Below are positions 1 through 9,183 of a stretch of 51,848 nucleotides of DNA, piece by piece. The first letter of the stretch is position 1; every line of letters begins with the position of its first letter. The notes under the pieces are model-generated. The model was not told where the DNA came from. It searched no databases and was given only the letters and a program-made list of their open reading frames with translations. This DNA comes from Oscillospiraceae bacterium (GTDB lineage Bacteria; Bacillota; Clostridia; Oscillospirales; Ruminococcaceae): positions 11,255 to 63,102 of the forward strand of contig DPBR01000004.1 of NCBI GenBank assembly GCA_003516865.1, read 5' to 3'. The position numbers and the translations under genes are program-made.

Positions 1-117
1 TATCATTTAATCGCTTGTTTTTTCGTCGGAATATCCAAAACTCGTTCAAAATACACACAGTATTCGTTCGTTTGTTCATTTTGACGAAAAAATCTCTGCA
101 CGATTAAACGATAATAA

Positions 118-1206
118 TTATTCTGTATTGCCGTTGAAAAATGAAAGAACTTCAAACATTTTAAGTTCGACAATATCCGGAATACCTGTGTTGTAATAAG
201 TATATTCGCTCTCCTCAAGAACCATTTCCCCGATTTTCTCGTCAGCAATTATCGGTAGCTTCAAGGTGACAGTCATAATTCCGTTCTTTTCTTCCATTGA
301 AAACTCGCCGCTTGATTCCTCTGTAAACCGCTTTATTATCGGTATTCCGCAGCCTATTCTCTGACAGGAGAAATTGAGGTCGGGCGAGTTGCCGTTTTCA
401 TCGGTTCTGACATCGCATTTGTTTGTAACCTGAAGAACGGCATACGGAACGTCTGTGAAAACGGATTTCGACAGCGTTACGATTGGGCAGCTGTCGACGC
501 GAGAATAAAGCAAAGCATTCTGCAATGCGTTTATTAGCGCCGTTATGCAGTGTCGCTGGTTTGCCCCGATGAAATAATCGTTTTTATCGGCGATGAACTC
601 AATTCTGCGGCAGCAGCCTTCCAGAATAAGATTGCAGCGATTAATAATGCCTTCAACAAGCGCATAAACGTCAATTTTCTTCATTGTTGATTTCGGATAG
701 AACATATTTGCAAACTCAAATAAATTCTTCGCCGACGCATTAAGATACATTGTTCTTCTCCGGATATCCGCAAGCTGCTTGATATCCTCAAAGCGTTTCT
801 CGATTTCAAACTTTCTGCTAAGACCTGAAATTGAATTCCACATAACAGCAATATTATGCTCAAAATTGTTGATAAACGGAAGCATTTTCTCATAAACGCC
901 GGTTTTATCAGCCAAATCGAACCAGTCCTCCAGAGTTAAAAGCTCGCATAAATACAAATCGCCGTGCAGAGATACCCGCGAGCAATACTGCTTGCCGTTT
1001 ACCGTCATAAGAACGCTGTGATGGCTTTTCAGCTTCTCTTCATTGCACATTATGAGCTTCTGTAAAGTCATATCAGGCGCAAGAAAGTTTTTCTTATTGC
1101 AGTAAATAATTTCCCATTTCTTGTTAAACAGGATTACCGGATTTACAAAACCTCGGCAAAATTCTTTGATAGTTTCAAACTCTCCCAATTCCAACCAAAA
1201 CACCAC
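118..1206 (-). CDS. Orphan cytoplasmic histidine kinase-like protein (GHKL/HATPase_c fold), degenerate
   Basis: H-box-like FINNFEHNIAV, N box ALINALQNALLYS, G2 box IGCGIPIIKRF. G1/D box degenerate (VTNKCD). No TM segment. Start uncertain. Confidence 0.65.
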   Translation of the reverse strand: MVFWLELGEFETIKEFCRGFVNPVILFNKKWEIIYCNKKNFLAPDMTLQKLIMCNEEKLKSHHSVLMTVNGKQYCSRVSLHGDLYLCELLTLEDWFDLADKTGVYEKMLPFINNFEHNIAVMWNSISGLSRKFEIEKRFEDIKQLADIRRRTMYLNASAKNLFEFANMFYPKSTMKKIDVYALVEGIINRCNLILEGCCRRIEFIADKNDYFIGANQRHCITALINALQNALLYSRVDSCPIVTLSKSVFTDVPYAVLQVTNKCDVRTDENGNSPDLNFSCQRIGCGIPIIKRFTEESSGEFSMEEKNGIMTVTLKLPIIADEKIGEMVLEESEYTYYNTGIPDIVELKMFEVLSFFNGNTE

Positions 1207-1212
1207 CTTTAA

Positions 1213-3012
1213 TTAATTGTCAAGCAATTCTTCCATTTCGTCAAGAAGCTTTGAAAACAAACCGAGCGCATTCTCAACGGCATATTTTGACGTCATATCA
1301 ACGCCCGCGCCTTTCAGCAGAGTAATCGGATCTTTTGAGCAGCCTCCGCTCAGGAAACCGATATAATCGCGCACTGCAGTTTCTCCCTCGGTTAAAATTC
1401 TCTGCGAAAGCGCAATCGCCGCAGAAAAACCCGTTGCGTACTGATAAACATAGTAATCGTTGTAAAAATGAGGTATTCTCGCCCATTCCATATCAAGCTC
1501 TTTATCGACAACCAAATCTTCTCCGTAATATTCGACGTTCAGCTTGTGATAAAGCGCGCAAAGGCTCTCGGCGGTAAGACTTTCTCCACGCTCAGCCATT
1601 TCGTTTATCTTCAGCTCAAATTCGGCGAACATCGCCTGACGGTAAAGAGTGGTGCGGAACTGCTCAAGGAAGTAGTTTACAAGATACGCGCGGCGCTTTT
1701 TATCCGTAGATTTGCTCAGAAGATGCTGCATAAGCAGGCTTTCATTACAGGTTGAAGCGACTTCCGCAACAAAAATGACGTAATCGGCGTATGCGACAGG
1801 CTGATTTTTGTTAGACAGATACGAATGAATTGCGTGACCCATTTCGTGAGCAAGCGTAAATTCGCAGTTTAGCGTATCCTTGTGATTGAGCAGGACAAAC
1901 GGGTGAACAAGGCAGCCCGCAGAATAACCGCCGCTTCGCTTTCCCTCGTTTTCATAAACGTCAATCCAGCGCTCCTCAATTCCCTTTCTGAAAATCGCAC
2001 GGTAATCCTCGCCCATCGGAGCCAGCGACTCGTAAACCTCGGCTTTTGCCTGCTCGAAGTTTATTTTATCGTCAGCGCCGCTTACAATCGGAACATACAG
2101 GTCATACGGGTGAAGTTCGGAAAGTCCGAGCGCTTTTTTGCGGATTTTCACATATCTGTGCATCAACCCGAGATTATCGTGAACCGCTTCAAGAAGCCTG
2201 TGATAAACAGCCGTATCAACCTCGTTTCTTGAAAGAGCGGCTTCAAGCGTGGAATTATACTTTTTCGCGCGAGCATGGAAAATCAGTGCTTTAATCTGTC
2301 CGGAAAGCATTGCCGCAGACGTGTTTTTGAAGCTCTCATAGGTGTGATAAAGCCCGTCGAAAGCAGACTTTCTGAGAGTTCTGTCCTCGCTTCTCATAAG
2401 CGGAATAAAGCTCTCGTGGGTAATCTGATGAGAATTTCCGTCCTTGTCGATTGCGTCGGGGAATTTCAAATCGGCGTCATTAAACATTGAAAAGATGTTG
2501 TCGGGAGAATTGACAACTTCTCCCGCAAGCGCAAGAATTTTTTCCTCATTTTCCGAGAGAATATGTTCTCGCTGAACCCTTATTTTATCAAGAGCACGGC
2601 GATAAAGTCCAAGTTCAGGGCAATCCTTGTAGTATTTTTCCAGCGTTTCATCGCTGAGCGAGAGCAGTTCCGGCGTAACAAACGCAGAAGCCCCGCCGAT
2701 TACCACCATAAGCCCCTCAAGACGATTTGCCATATCCTGATATACCGCAGCGCGCGTGTCCTCGTCGCGGCGGCAGAAAGCGTAATAAACCAGCTTGTCA
2801 AAAAGCACTGTAAGTTCGTCGTTCAGACGAAAATAACCGAGCAGCTTATCCGCGCTCACATTAAAAGTACCTTTGTATGAAGCAATTTTATCGGCATAGG
2901 ACAGCGCCTTTTTATAGTCGTTCTCCCATAAATCATCGCTCTTGTAAATATCCTCGATAGACCACTTGTATTCAGAGGATATTTCGGAACGTTCGGGAAC
3001 TCTTTCAGCCAT
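1213..3012 (-). CDS. pepF: Oligoendopeptidase F (M3B)
   Basis: 599 aa; TLAHEMGH zinc motif, FVAEVAS, WARIPHFY, YVYQYATG. Confidence 0.95.
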   Translation of the reverse strand: MAERVPERSEISSEYKWSIEDIYKSDDLWENDYKKALSYADKIASYKGTFNVSADKLLGYFRLNDELTVLFDKLVYYAFCRRDEDTRAAVYQDMANRLEGLMVVIGGASAFVTPELLSLSDETLEKYYKDCPELGLYRRALDKIRVQREHILSENEEKILALAGEVVNSPDNIFSMFNDADLKFPDAIDKDGNSHQITHESFIPLMRSEDRTLRKSAFDGLYHTYESFKNTSAAMLSGQIKALIFHARAKKYNSTLEAALSRNEVDTAVYHRLLEAVHDNLGLMHRYVKIRKKALGLSELHPYDLYVPIVSGADDKINFEQAKAEVYESLAPMGEDYRAIFRKGIEERWIDVYENEGKRSGGYSAGCLVHPFVLLNHKDTLNCEFTLAHEMGHAIHSYLSNKNQPVAYADYVIFVAEVASTCNESLLMQHLLSKSTDKKRRAYLVNYFLEQFRTTLYRQAMFAEFELKINEMAERGESLTAESLCALYHKLNVEYYGEDLVVDKELDMEWARIPHFYNDYYVYQYATGFSAAIALSQRILTEGETAVRDYIGFLSGGCSKDPITLLKGAGVDMTSKYAVENALGLFSKLLDEMEELLDN

Positions 3013-3021
3013 AATTTTCTC

Positions 3022-3579
3022 CTATTTCATTCTTTTTTTGATTTTCGGCAGCAATATTCTTTCATAAAACGGCTTGAATAAACCGAGAAAAATATCGTAA
3101 ATAACGAACGAAACCGCGCCCAGACCAAGCAAAAACAGCGACGCGTATTTTCCGAAATCGCCAAGTCCGTCGAAAATATGCGTCATACCGAAAAGATTAA
3201 TCAGCAGCGCATAGCATCCAACCGCGCCGACAGTGTAAACGCCAAGTTTTGCGAGCCATCTCAGCGGTAAAAATCTGATTTTCTGGAGCGGCTCGCGCAA
3301 AATCGGGTAGTATCCGAGCAGGAACAGAAACATCAGCGCCGCCTCGTAATTCGATGTAATCAGCATACACAGCAAGCCCACCGCAATGAAGCTTACAATC
3401 CCGTATTTCAGCCCAAGCTGCTCTCGTATAACCCAAATTAGTATTCCTGCAACAGCAGGCGTGAAATACTCAAAAAACGGGACAAACCCCAGCAGGAACA
3501 TCAGCGCCAGCGCAAACCCGCACATAATTCCGCAAAGCGCAACAATATACCCGATATGCGGATTTTTCTTGTCCGACAA
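3022..3579 (-). CDS. Integral membrane protein (DUF2232-like, about 5 TM)
   Basis: Hydrophobic 185 aa ORF with AAGGAG RBS, tightly packed between tyrA and pepF. Confidence 0.7.
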   Translation of the reverse strand: MSDKKNPHIGYIVALCGIMCGFALALMFLLGFVPFFEYFTPAVAGILIWVIREQLGLKYGIVSFIAVGLLCMLITSNYEAALMFLFLLGYYPILREPLQKIRFLPLRWLAKLGVYTVGAVGCYALLINLFGMTHIFDGLGDFGKYASLFLLGLGAVSFVIYDIFLGLFKPFYERILLPKIKKRMK

Positions 3580-3591
3580 GCCAAGCGCTCC

Positions 3592-4449
3592 TTACTTTTT
3601 CCTCTCCTGACCGTAAAACTCCATACTTTTTTCCTTGCGTTCTCTGCCGACTTTGAGAAGCTCTTTGAGAGCCGCGATATCGTCGTTTTCCATCGCGTTG
3701 CGGTATTCTGAGAGGGAGTGAATTATGTTGTTTATCTCAAACAAAAGCGCCTCTTTATTGCAAAGGAACAGTCCCGACCACATTTCTTCATTAAGGTAAG
3801 CCACTCTTGTCAAATCAAGAAAGCTTCCCGCCGAAAAACCGTCCGCGTGAAACAGCGACGGACTTTTTACATAAGCGTTTGAAACAACGTGCGCAAGCTG
3901 CGACGTATAAGCGATATTTCTGTCGTGCTGTTCGGGGGTTGCGACAACGACTTTGCCGAAATTCATACAAGCGCCGAGCGTTGACACAAGGTCGATTGCA
4001 ATTTGCGGCGTGTTTTCGGAAGGCGTGATTATAAAGCTTGCATTCCTGAACAAATCGCCGTCGGAATAATCAAATCCCGAATGTTCCGTACCCGCCATAG
4101 GGTGAGTTCCGATGAAAATAACTCCTTTTTCTTCAAGAATGGGCGTGCAGTTTTTCACAATATAATTCTTTATACCGCAGATGTCCATTACAATCGAGCC
4201 TTTTTTGAACCTGTCGGCGTTTTCTTTAACGAAATCAACAATCGCCATAGGATAAAGAGCAACGATAGTAAGATTTGCTTCGCCAAGCTTCTCAACGGTT
4301 ATTTCCTCGTCGATTGCGCCTGTATCAAGAGCTTTTCTTATCGTTTCCTCGTCCGAGTCTATTCCCATAATGTGGTGGAAAGTATTCGCTTTAAGCGCTT
4401 TACAGATTGAGCCTCCGATAAGTCCCAATCCAACAACTGCTATATTCAT
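3592..4449 (-). CDS. tyrA: Prephenate dehydrogenase
   Basis: MNIAVVGLGLIGGS Rossmann motif, GTHPMAGTE, HD...TSQLAH, DLTRVA; AGGAG RBS before ATG at 4449. Confidence 0.93.
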   Translation of the reverse strand: MNIAVVGLGLIGGSICKALKANTFHHIMGIDSDEETIRKALDTGAIDEEITVEKLGEANLTIVALYPMAIVDFVKENADRFKKGSIVMDICGIKNYIVKNCTPILEEKGVIFIGTHPMAGTEHSGFDYSDGDLFRNASFIITPSENTPQIAIDLVSTLGACMNFGKVVVATPEQHDRNIAYTSQLAHVVSNAYVKSPSLFHADGFSAGSFLDLTRVAYLNEEMWSGLFLCNKEALLFEINNIIHSLSEYRNAMENDDIAALKELLKVGRERKEKSMEFYGQERKK

Positions 4450-4480
4450 TTGCAATTCTCCTATATACAATATATAGGAT

Positions 4481-4509
4481 ATTATATCACATTTTTATCT
4501 AAAAATCAA
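4481..4509 (-). promoter_or_regulatory. Sigma-A promoter for tyrA-membrane protein-pepF-HK
   Basis: Minus strand TTGATT-17-TATAAT with extended TG. Confidence 0.7.
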
Positions 4510-4533
4510 GTGCTTTTAATAACGCTTTTGCCC

Positions 4534-4572
4534 AAAAAATACAAAAAAGGACGCCGAAGCGCCCTTTTGCAT
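4534..4572 (-). terminator. Intrinsic terminator after fba
   Basis: Minus strand AAAAGGGCGC-TTCG-GCGTCCTTTT followed by TTGTATTTTTT. Confidence 0.85.
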
Positions 4573-4583
4573 ATTTTTGAATA

Positions 4584-5447
4584 TTAAGCCTTGCCGACAG
4601 AACCGAAAAGCTCCATCTTCTCCTTAACGGTCGCCTTGATAGCCTCAGCGCCGGGAGCGAGCAGCTTTCTCGGGTCAAAGCCCTTACCCTGCTGGTCCTT
4701 GCCTTCTTCGATATATTTTCTTGTTGCCTCAGCAAAGGAGAGCTGGCACTCTGTATTAACGTTGATTTTAGCAACGCCGAGAGAAATCGCCTTTTTAATC
4801 ATATCAGCGGGGATACCTGTGCCGCCGTGAAGAACAAGCGGCATATCGCCGACTTCCTTCTTAACAGCTTCAAGCGTCTCAAATGAAAGGCCGGGCCAGT
4901 TTGCGGGATATTTACCGTGAATATTGCCGATACCTGCCGCAAGCATCGTAACGCCGAGGTCTGCGATAGCCTTGCACTCCTTGGGGTCAGCGCACTCGCC
5001 CATTCCAACAACTCCGTCCTCTTCGCCGCCGATAGAACCAACTTCAGCTTCGATTGAAACGCCGAGTACGTCGCAAGCGTTTACGAGAATTTTGGTCTTT
5101 TCAATATTCTCGGCAATCGGATAGTGAGAACCGTCGAACATTATCGAAGAAAAGCCTGCTCTTATGCACTTCTGAGCGCCCTCAAAAGTACCATGGTCGA
5201 GGTGAAGCGCAACAGGAACGGTAATATTCATCTCCTCAAGCATACCGTTAACCATACCAACAATAGTCTTGAAGCCTGTCATATACTTGCCTGCGCCTTC
5301 GGAAACACCGAGAATTACGGGAGATTTCAGTTCCTCTGCAACCGTAAGAATAGACTTTGTCCACTCAAGGTTGTTGATGTTGAACTGACCAACAGCATAT
5401 TTGCCGTCGCGAGCCTTGTTAAGCATTTCCTTTGCTGAAACCAACAT
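4584..5447 (-). CDS. fba: Class II fructose-1,6-bisphosphate aldolase
   Basis: MLVSAKEML, ALHLDHG, GNIHGKY, LVLHGGTG, KINVNTE; AAGGAG RBS. Confidence 0.96.
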   Translation of the reverse strand: MLVSAKEMLNKARDGKYAVGQFNINNLEWTKSILTVAEELKSPVILGVSEGAGKYMTGFKTIVGMVNGMLEEMNITVPVALHLDHGTFEGAQKCIRAGFSSIMFDGSHYPIAENIEKTKILVNACDVLGVSIEAEVGSIGGEEDGVVGMGECADPKECKAIADLGVTMLAAGIGNIHGKYPANWPGLSFETLEAVKKEVGDMPLVLHGGTGIPADMIKKAISLGVAKINVNTECQLSFAEATRKYIEEGKDQQGKGFDPRKLLAPGAEAIKATVKEKMELFGSVGKA

Positions 5448-5493
5448 AAAAAATTCTCCTTTAAATTTAAATTCGGAATAAATCCACAAAGCT

Positions 5494-5522
5494 ATTATAT
5501 CACACTTGTCCGAAAAAAGCAA
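5494..5522 (-). promoter_or_regulatory. Sigma-A promoter for fba
   Basis: TTGCTT-17-TATAAT with TGTG extension. Confidence 0.7.
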
Positions 5523-5563
5523 CAATTTTCGGAAATTTTTTCAATTTTCGTGTTAAAATGGGC

Positions 5564-5890
5564 TTATGTGTTGTGGTCGCTGGTGTGGAATTGCTTAAGA
5601 TTGCCGATTTTTTTCGCTCTTTCGCTCATAATCTCGTCAACCTCCTCAACGGAAAGACCGCGCTCCGCCATTAGCACGGCAACGTGATAAAACAAGTCGT
5701 TGATTTCATTCGCAAGCTCGTCGTTGTCCTTATTTTTAGCCGCGATAACCATTTCAGTACATTCCTCGCCGCACTTTTTGAGGATTTTGTCAAGACCTTT
5801 CTCGAAAAGATAGCAGGTGTAGCTTCCCTCCTGCGGGTTTTCGCGGCGGTTCTGAATAACCTCGTACATTTCCTTGAATGAATCTGTCAT
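5564..5890 (-). CDS. hisE: Phosphoribosyl-ATP pyrophosphatase
   Basis: GSYTCYLFEKGLDKILKKCGEE, EINDLFYH; GGAGG RBS. Confidence 0.93.
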   Translation of the reverse strand: MTDSFKEMYEVIQNRRENPQEGSYTCYLFEKGLDKILKKCGEECTEMVIAAKNKDNDELANEINDLFYHVAVLMAERGLSVEEVDEIMSERAKKIGNLKQFHTSDHNT

Positions 5891-6546
5891 TGTATTTCCT
5901 CCTGTGTTTCCGGCTCCCACTCGATAAATTCACCGAGCGAGGCAAGATTTTTTGGATTTGCACTAAACGTGAACAGTTTTTGCTCCACGCCGTACAAATC
6001 CATTACTTTTACGATAATAATGCTGTTTTGGCGGTCGTATTCGGCGAAAATCGGAAGCGCATCGTTAATTCCGCTGTGCCTGTAGCCCTTGCTTGTGATT
6101 ACCTCGATAAATCCGATTAAAGTAAGTATGCCGTCAATCGACATAATCAGAAAAGAAACGCCCCACCCCGCTGCTTCAGCCGACAAAGCTCTTACATTTC
6201 CGATAAAATCAAGAAAATATTGTTCGGGATTGTAGATTTTGATTTGCTTTTTCAGTTCCTGCTTTTCAATAAATTTATCAACATATTCCGTGCCTATCTT
6301 AGATTCGGCATATTCGGCGGCTTCACGCATTTCATTCGCTTTGCAGAAGTAATTTACCGTCAGCCACAGAAACCAAGCCGTAAGAGCCGCGCACAAAAAA
6401 ACACCGATATTTACGCGAACTTTTACCTTTTTTACGCCCTCACGCCTGCATTTTACTGCAAATTCCACGATTTTTTTCGTCCGAATAACAAAAAAGACGG
6501 TGCAAATGCAGATACAAGCAATGCAGAGAATTAGCTTCCAATCCAT
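5887..6546 (-). CDS. Hypothetical membrane protein (about 3 TM) between hisI and hisE
   Basis: 219 aa, GAGG RBS, ATGA overlap with hisE start. Confidence 0.75.
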   Translation of the reverse strand: MDWKLILCIACICICTVFFVIRTKKIVEFAVKCRREGVKKVKVRVNIGVFLCAALTAWFLWLTVNYFCKANEMREAAEYAESKIGTEYVDKFIEKQELKKQIKIYNPEQYFLDFIGNVRALSAEAAGWGVSFLIMSIDGILTLIGFIEVITSKGYRHSGINDALPIFAEYDRQNSIIIVKVMDLYGVEQKLFTFSANPKNLASLGEFIEWEPETQEEIQ

Positions 6547-6564
6547 AAATTACCTCGCGATATT

Positions 6565-6879
6565 TCATTTTATCCGATTGAAAAAGCAGGTTCTGTTTCC
6601 CGTGTGACAGGCGGCGCCTGTCTGAATTACCTTTACAAGCAGCGTATCGTCGTCGCAGTCGCCGTAAATCTCAACGACTTTCTGAAGGTGACCCGAAGTC
6701 GCGCCCTTATTCCACAGCTCCTGCCTCGAACGGCTCCAGAACCAGGTGTAGCCCGTTTCGAGCGTCTTTGCAAGGCTTTCCTCGTTCATATACGCGAGCA
6801 TAAGCACTTCCCCGTTTTCAGCGTCTTGAATAACGGCGGGAATAAGCTCGCCCTTTTTGAAAAATTTCTTCAAATCCAT
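6565..6879 (-). CDS. hisI: Phosphoribosyl-AMP cyclohydrolase
   Basis: [39 protein letters not shown]. Confidence 0.95.
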   Translation of the reverse strand: MDLKKFFKKGELIPAVIQDAENGEVLMLAYMNEESLAKTLETGYTWFWSRSRQELWNKGATSGHLQKVVEIYGDCDDDTLLVKVIQTGAACHTGNRTCFFNRIK

Positions 6880-6880
6880 A

Positions 6881-8272
6881 TTATTCTCCATCGTTAAAGC
6901 AGTAAAGAATTACCTCGGTAGGCTCTCCCGTGCAGCAAAGGCATTCCTTGTCAACGCGATAAGCCTTTGTTTCATCGTTGACCATATCTTTTGCATACAG
7001 AACCATCCTGCCGTTTTCATCCGAACCCTTGACAACAAACGAGCCAAGGATACCGCCCTCCTCCTTGCACCACATAAACATAACGTCGCCTTCTTTGGCG
7101 TATTTCGGAAGCGTAACGGTTCTGTCAGCGTTTATTTTTACGGAATGAGCAGAGCCAAGTCCCGATGAAAGGAGCTGGAAAAGAAGCGAAGTATTGTTCG
7201 GAAAAGAAATGGAAATTCCGCCTGCCGTCAGACATTCCGACAAGTGCTGAGCGCCGTAAACTCCGATTCCGTCCTCAACGTGATTTTTCGCGTATTCAAC
7301 GGTTTTCCGGCGGTCGTATTTTTCATCAAGCTTCCAGCTGTTGCTTCTGCAAAGAAGCACGCTGTCGTCACTTTTGACCGCTTCGGGGAATTTCGAGGGG
7401 TCGTCGCCCTCTTGATAGAAGTGGAAAAGAAAAACTTCTTTGAGGTCCGTGTAGCAGTCATAGCACTCTTCGTCGGTATGAAAAGCGTATTCGCCGTTAT
7501 TTCTCATATTGCGGCAGATTACTCTCATATGCCCGTTTTCATCATCGCCTACATATAAAAGCGAATGAAGCATAAGTCCCTCATACGGGCAGAACGTCTG
7601 CACAACGTCGCCGGGACGAGCGTAATCGGGCAGCGTAACCGTCTGGTCCTCGTTAATAGGCAAAAACTCGCCGAAACCGAGATTAAGGCTGAGAAGCTGA
7701 AGGCAAAGACCGGTCGAGCTTGTGGAATTTGCGGAAAGCCCGCCCGCTTCCATACACTTTGCTATAAACGGCGCACAAAGCATAATTCCAACGTCCCAGT
7801 TCGCTCTTGCCCAAGCGATTGAATTTTCGATATTATAGGACTCCGTGGGAGTTTTCTTCGGCGAATACCACATAACAGACGGTTTATCGGTGAGTTTTAC
7901 AAGATTATTCTCAAATATGTAGTCGCGGTTTGCGTCCTCGTAAATTCCGTTGTTATTATAAATTTCGTTGGCATTTTCAACAAAGTGATTGCCTATATAA
8001 TAACCGTCTGCGGTATAATGAGTCTGAGAATAATCGGGAATAAATCCGTCGGGACCGACGATTTCTCCATAAGAAATCTCAGGCGTTATAATATCACCGC
8101 CGTCGCTTGAGGAAGAACCGCCTGTCGTGCCGGAACCCGAATTGCTTATCAGCGAACCGCTTGTACTTGAACCGGAAGAACTTTCTTCGGAATTAATTTC
8201 GGTTGTCGTCCCGCAGCCTGTAAGCGATAAAATTGATACGGCAAGAACGATTGATAATATCCTGTTTTTCAT
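6881..8272 (-). CDS. Lipoprotein with Ser-rich linker and two tandem putative amidase (Amidase_6/NlpC-P60-like) domains
   Basis: Lipobox LTGC (Cys20). Internal duplication aa 146-285 vs 319-459. YN...AWA...[13 protein letters not shown]...PGDVV...HS pattern. Confidence 0.7.
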   Translation of the reverse strand: MKNRILSIVLAVSILSLTGCGTTTEINSEESSSGSSTSGSLISNSGSGTTGGSSSSDGGDIITPEISYGEIVGPDGFIPDYSQTHYTADGYYIGNHFVENANEIYNNNGIYEDANRDYIFENNLVKLTDKPSVMWYSPKKTPTESYNIENSIAWARANWDVGIMLCAPFIAKCMEAGGLSANSTSSTGLCLQLLSLNLGFGEFLPINEDQTVTLPDYARPGDVVQTFCPYEGLMLHSLLYVGDDENGHMRVICRNMRNNGEYAFHTDEECYDCYTDLKEVFLFHFYQEGDDPSKFPEAVKSDDSVLLCRSNSWKLDEKYDRRKTVEYAKNHVEDGIGVYGAQHLSECLTAGGISISFPNNTSLLFQLLSSGLGSAHSVKINADRTVTLPKYAKEGDVMFMWCKEEGGILGSFVVKGSDENGRMVLYAKDMVNDETKAYRVDKECLCCTGEPTEVILYCFNDGE

Positions 8273-8304
8273 AATGCTCCTTAAATAAAAAATCTCAACA
8301 TCTT

Positions 8305-8333
8305 ATTTTATCACGAAATAAAGTTTTTTTCAA
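8305..8333 (-). promoter_or_regulatory. Internal sigma-A promoter upstream of the amidase-like lipoprotein
   Basis: TTGAAA-17-TAAAAT with extended TG. Confidence 0.65.
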
Positions 8334-8387
8334 GTGTTTTATGAAAAAACAGTCGCTTTTTGCTGAAATATACTGCATTTTTGGCAA

Positions 8388-8401
8388 TGTAAGCGTTTAC
8401 A
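8388..8401. promoter_or_regulatory. cre-like / LacI-family operator
   Basis: TGTAAGCGTTTACA matches TGWAANCGNTNWCA at every position; intergenic. Confidence 0.55.
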
Positions 8402-8403
8402 CG

Positions 8404-9162
8404 TCACGTTCTTACGGGAATATTGTGCTTTTTCAGATATTCCTTGACTTCGCCGACCGTAATCTCCTTAAAATGGAAAAGAGATGCCGCGAGCGCCGCC
8501 GATGAATTTGTTTTCTCAAAAACTTCGGAAAAATGCTCAATTTTGCCGCAGCCGCCGCTTGCAATAACGGGAATATTCACTCTTGAGCAGACAAAATTCA
8601 GCATTTCAATGTCAAAACCGCCGCGAACGCCGTCCGTGTCAATCGAATTTAAGCAAATTTCGCCCGCGCCGCGCTCGGATATTTCGCGAACCCAATCGCC
8701 GAGGTCAAGGTTCATATCGACTCTGCCGCCGTTTATAAAGACGGAATAACCGCCCTTTTCATTTCGCTTTGCGTCAATTCCGACAACAACGCACTGCGAG
8801 CCGAAAATCTCAGCCGCGTCGCTTATAAGCTTTGGATTTTTAACAGCCTGCGAGTTCACGGAAACCTTGTCCGCGCCCGCCCTCAGAGTATCGCGGAAAT
8901 CCTCGATTGACGATATTCCTCCGCCGACGCAAAGCGGCACGAAAACCTGTTCAGCCGTGCGTTTTACAACGTCAAGCATTACTCCGCGCCCCTCGCAGGA
9001 GGCGGTTATATCGTAAAAAACAAGCTCGTCCGCGCCCTGCTTGTTGTACTCGACAGCAAGCTCAACGGGGTTGCCTACGTCTTTTATTCCCTCGAAATTA
9101 ACGCCCTTAACAACCTTTCCGTTTCTCACGTCAAGGCACGGAATTATCCTTTTTGCAAGCAT
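8404..9162 (-). CDS. hisF: Imidazole glycerol phosphate synthase, cyclase subunit
   Basis: [37 protein letters not shown]. Confidence 0.97.
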   Translation of the reverse strand: MLAKRIIPCLDVRNGKVVKGVNFEGIKDVGNPVELAVEYNKQGADELVFYDITASCEGRGVMLDVVKRTAEQVFVPLCVGGGISSIEDFRDTLRAGADKVSVNSQAVKNPKLISDAAEIFGSQCVVVGIDAKRNEKGGYSVFINGGRVDMNLDLGDWVREISERGAGEICLNSIDTDGVRGGFDIEMLNFVCSRVNIPVIASGGCGKIEHFSEVFEKTNSSAALAASLFHFKEITVGEVKEYLKKHNIPVRT

Positions 9163-9183
9163 AGTTTATCCTTTCATCTGACG

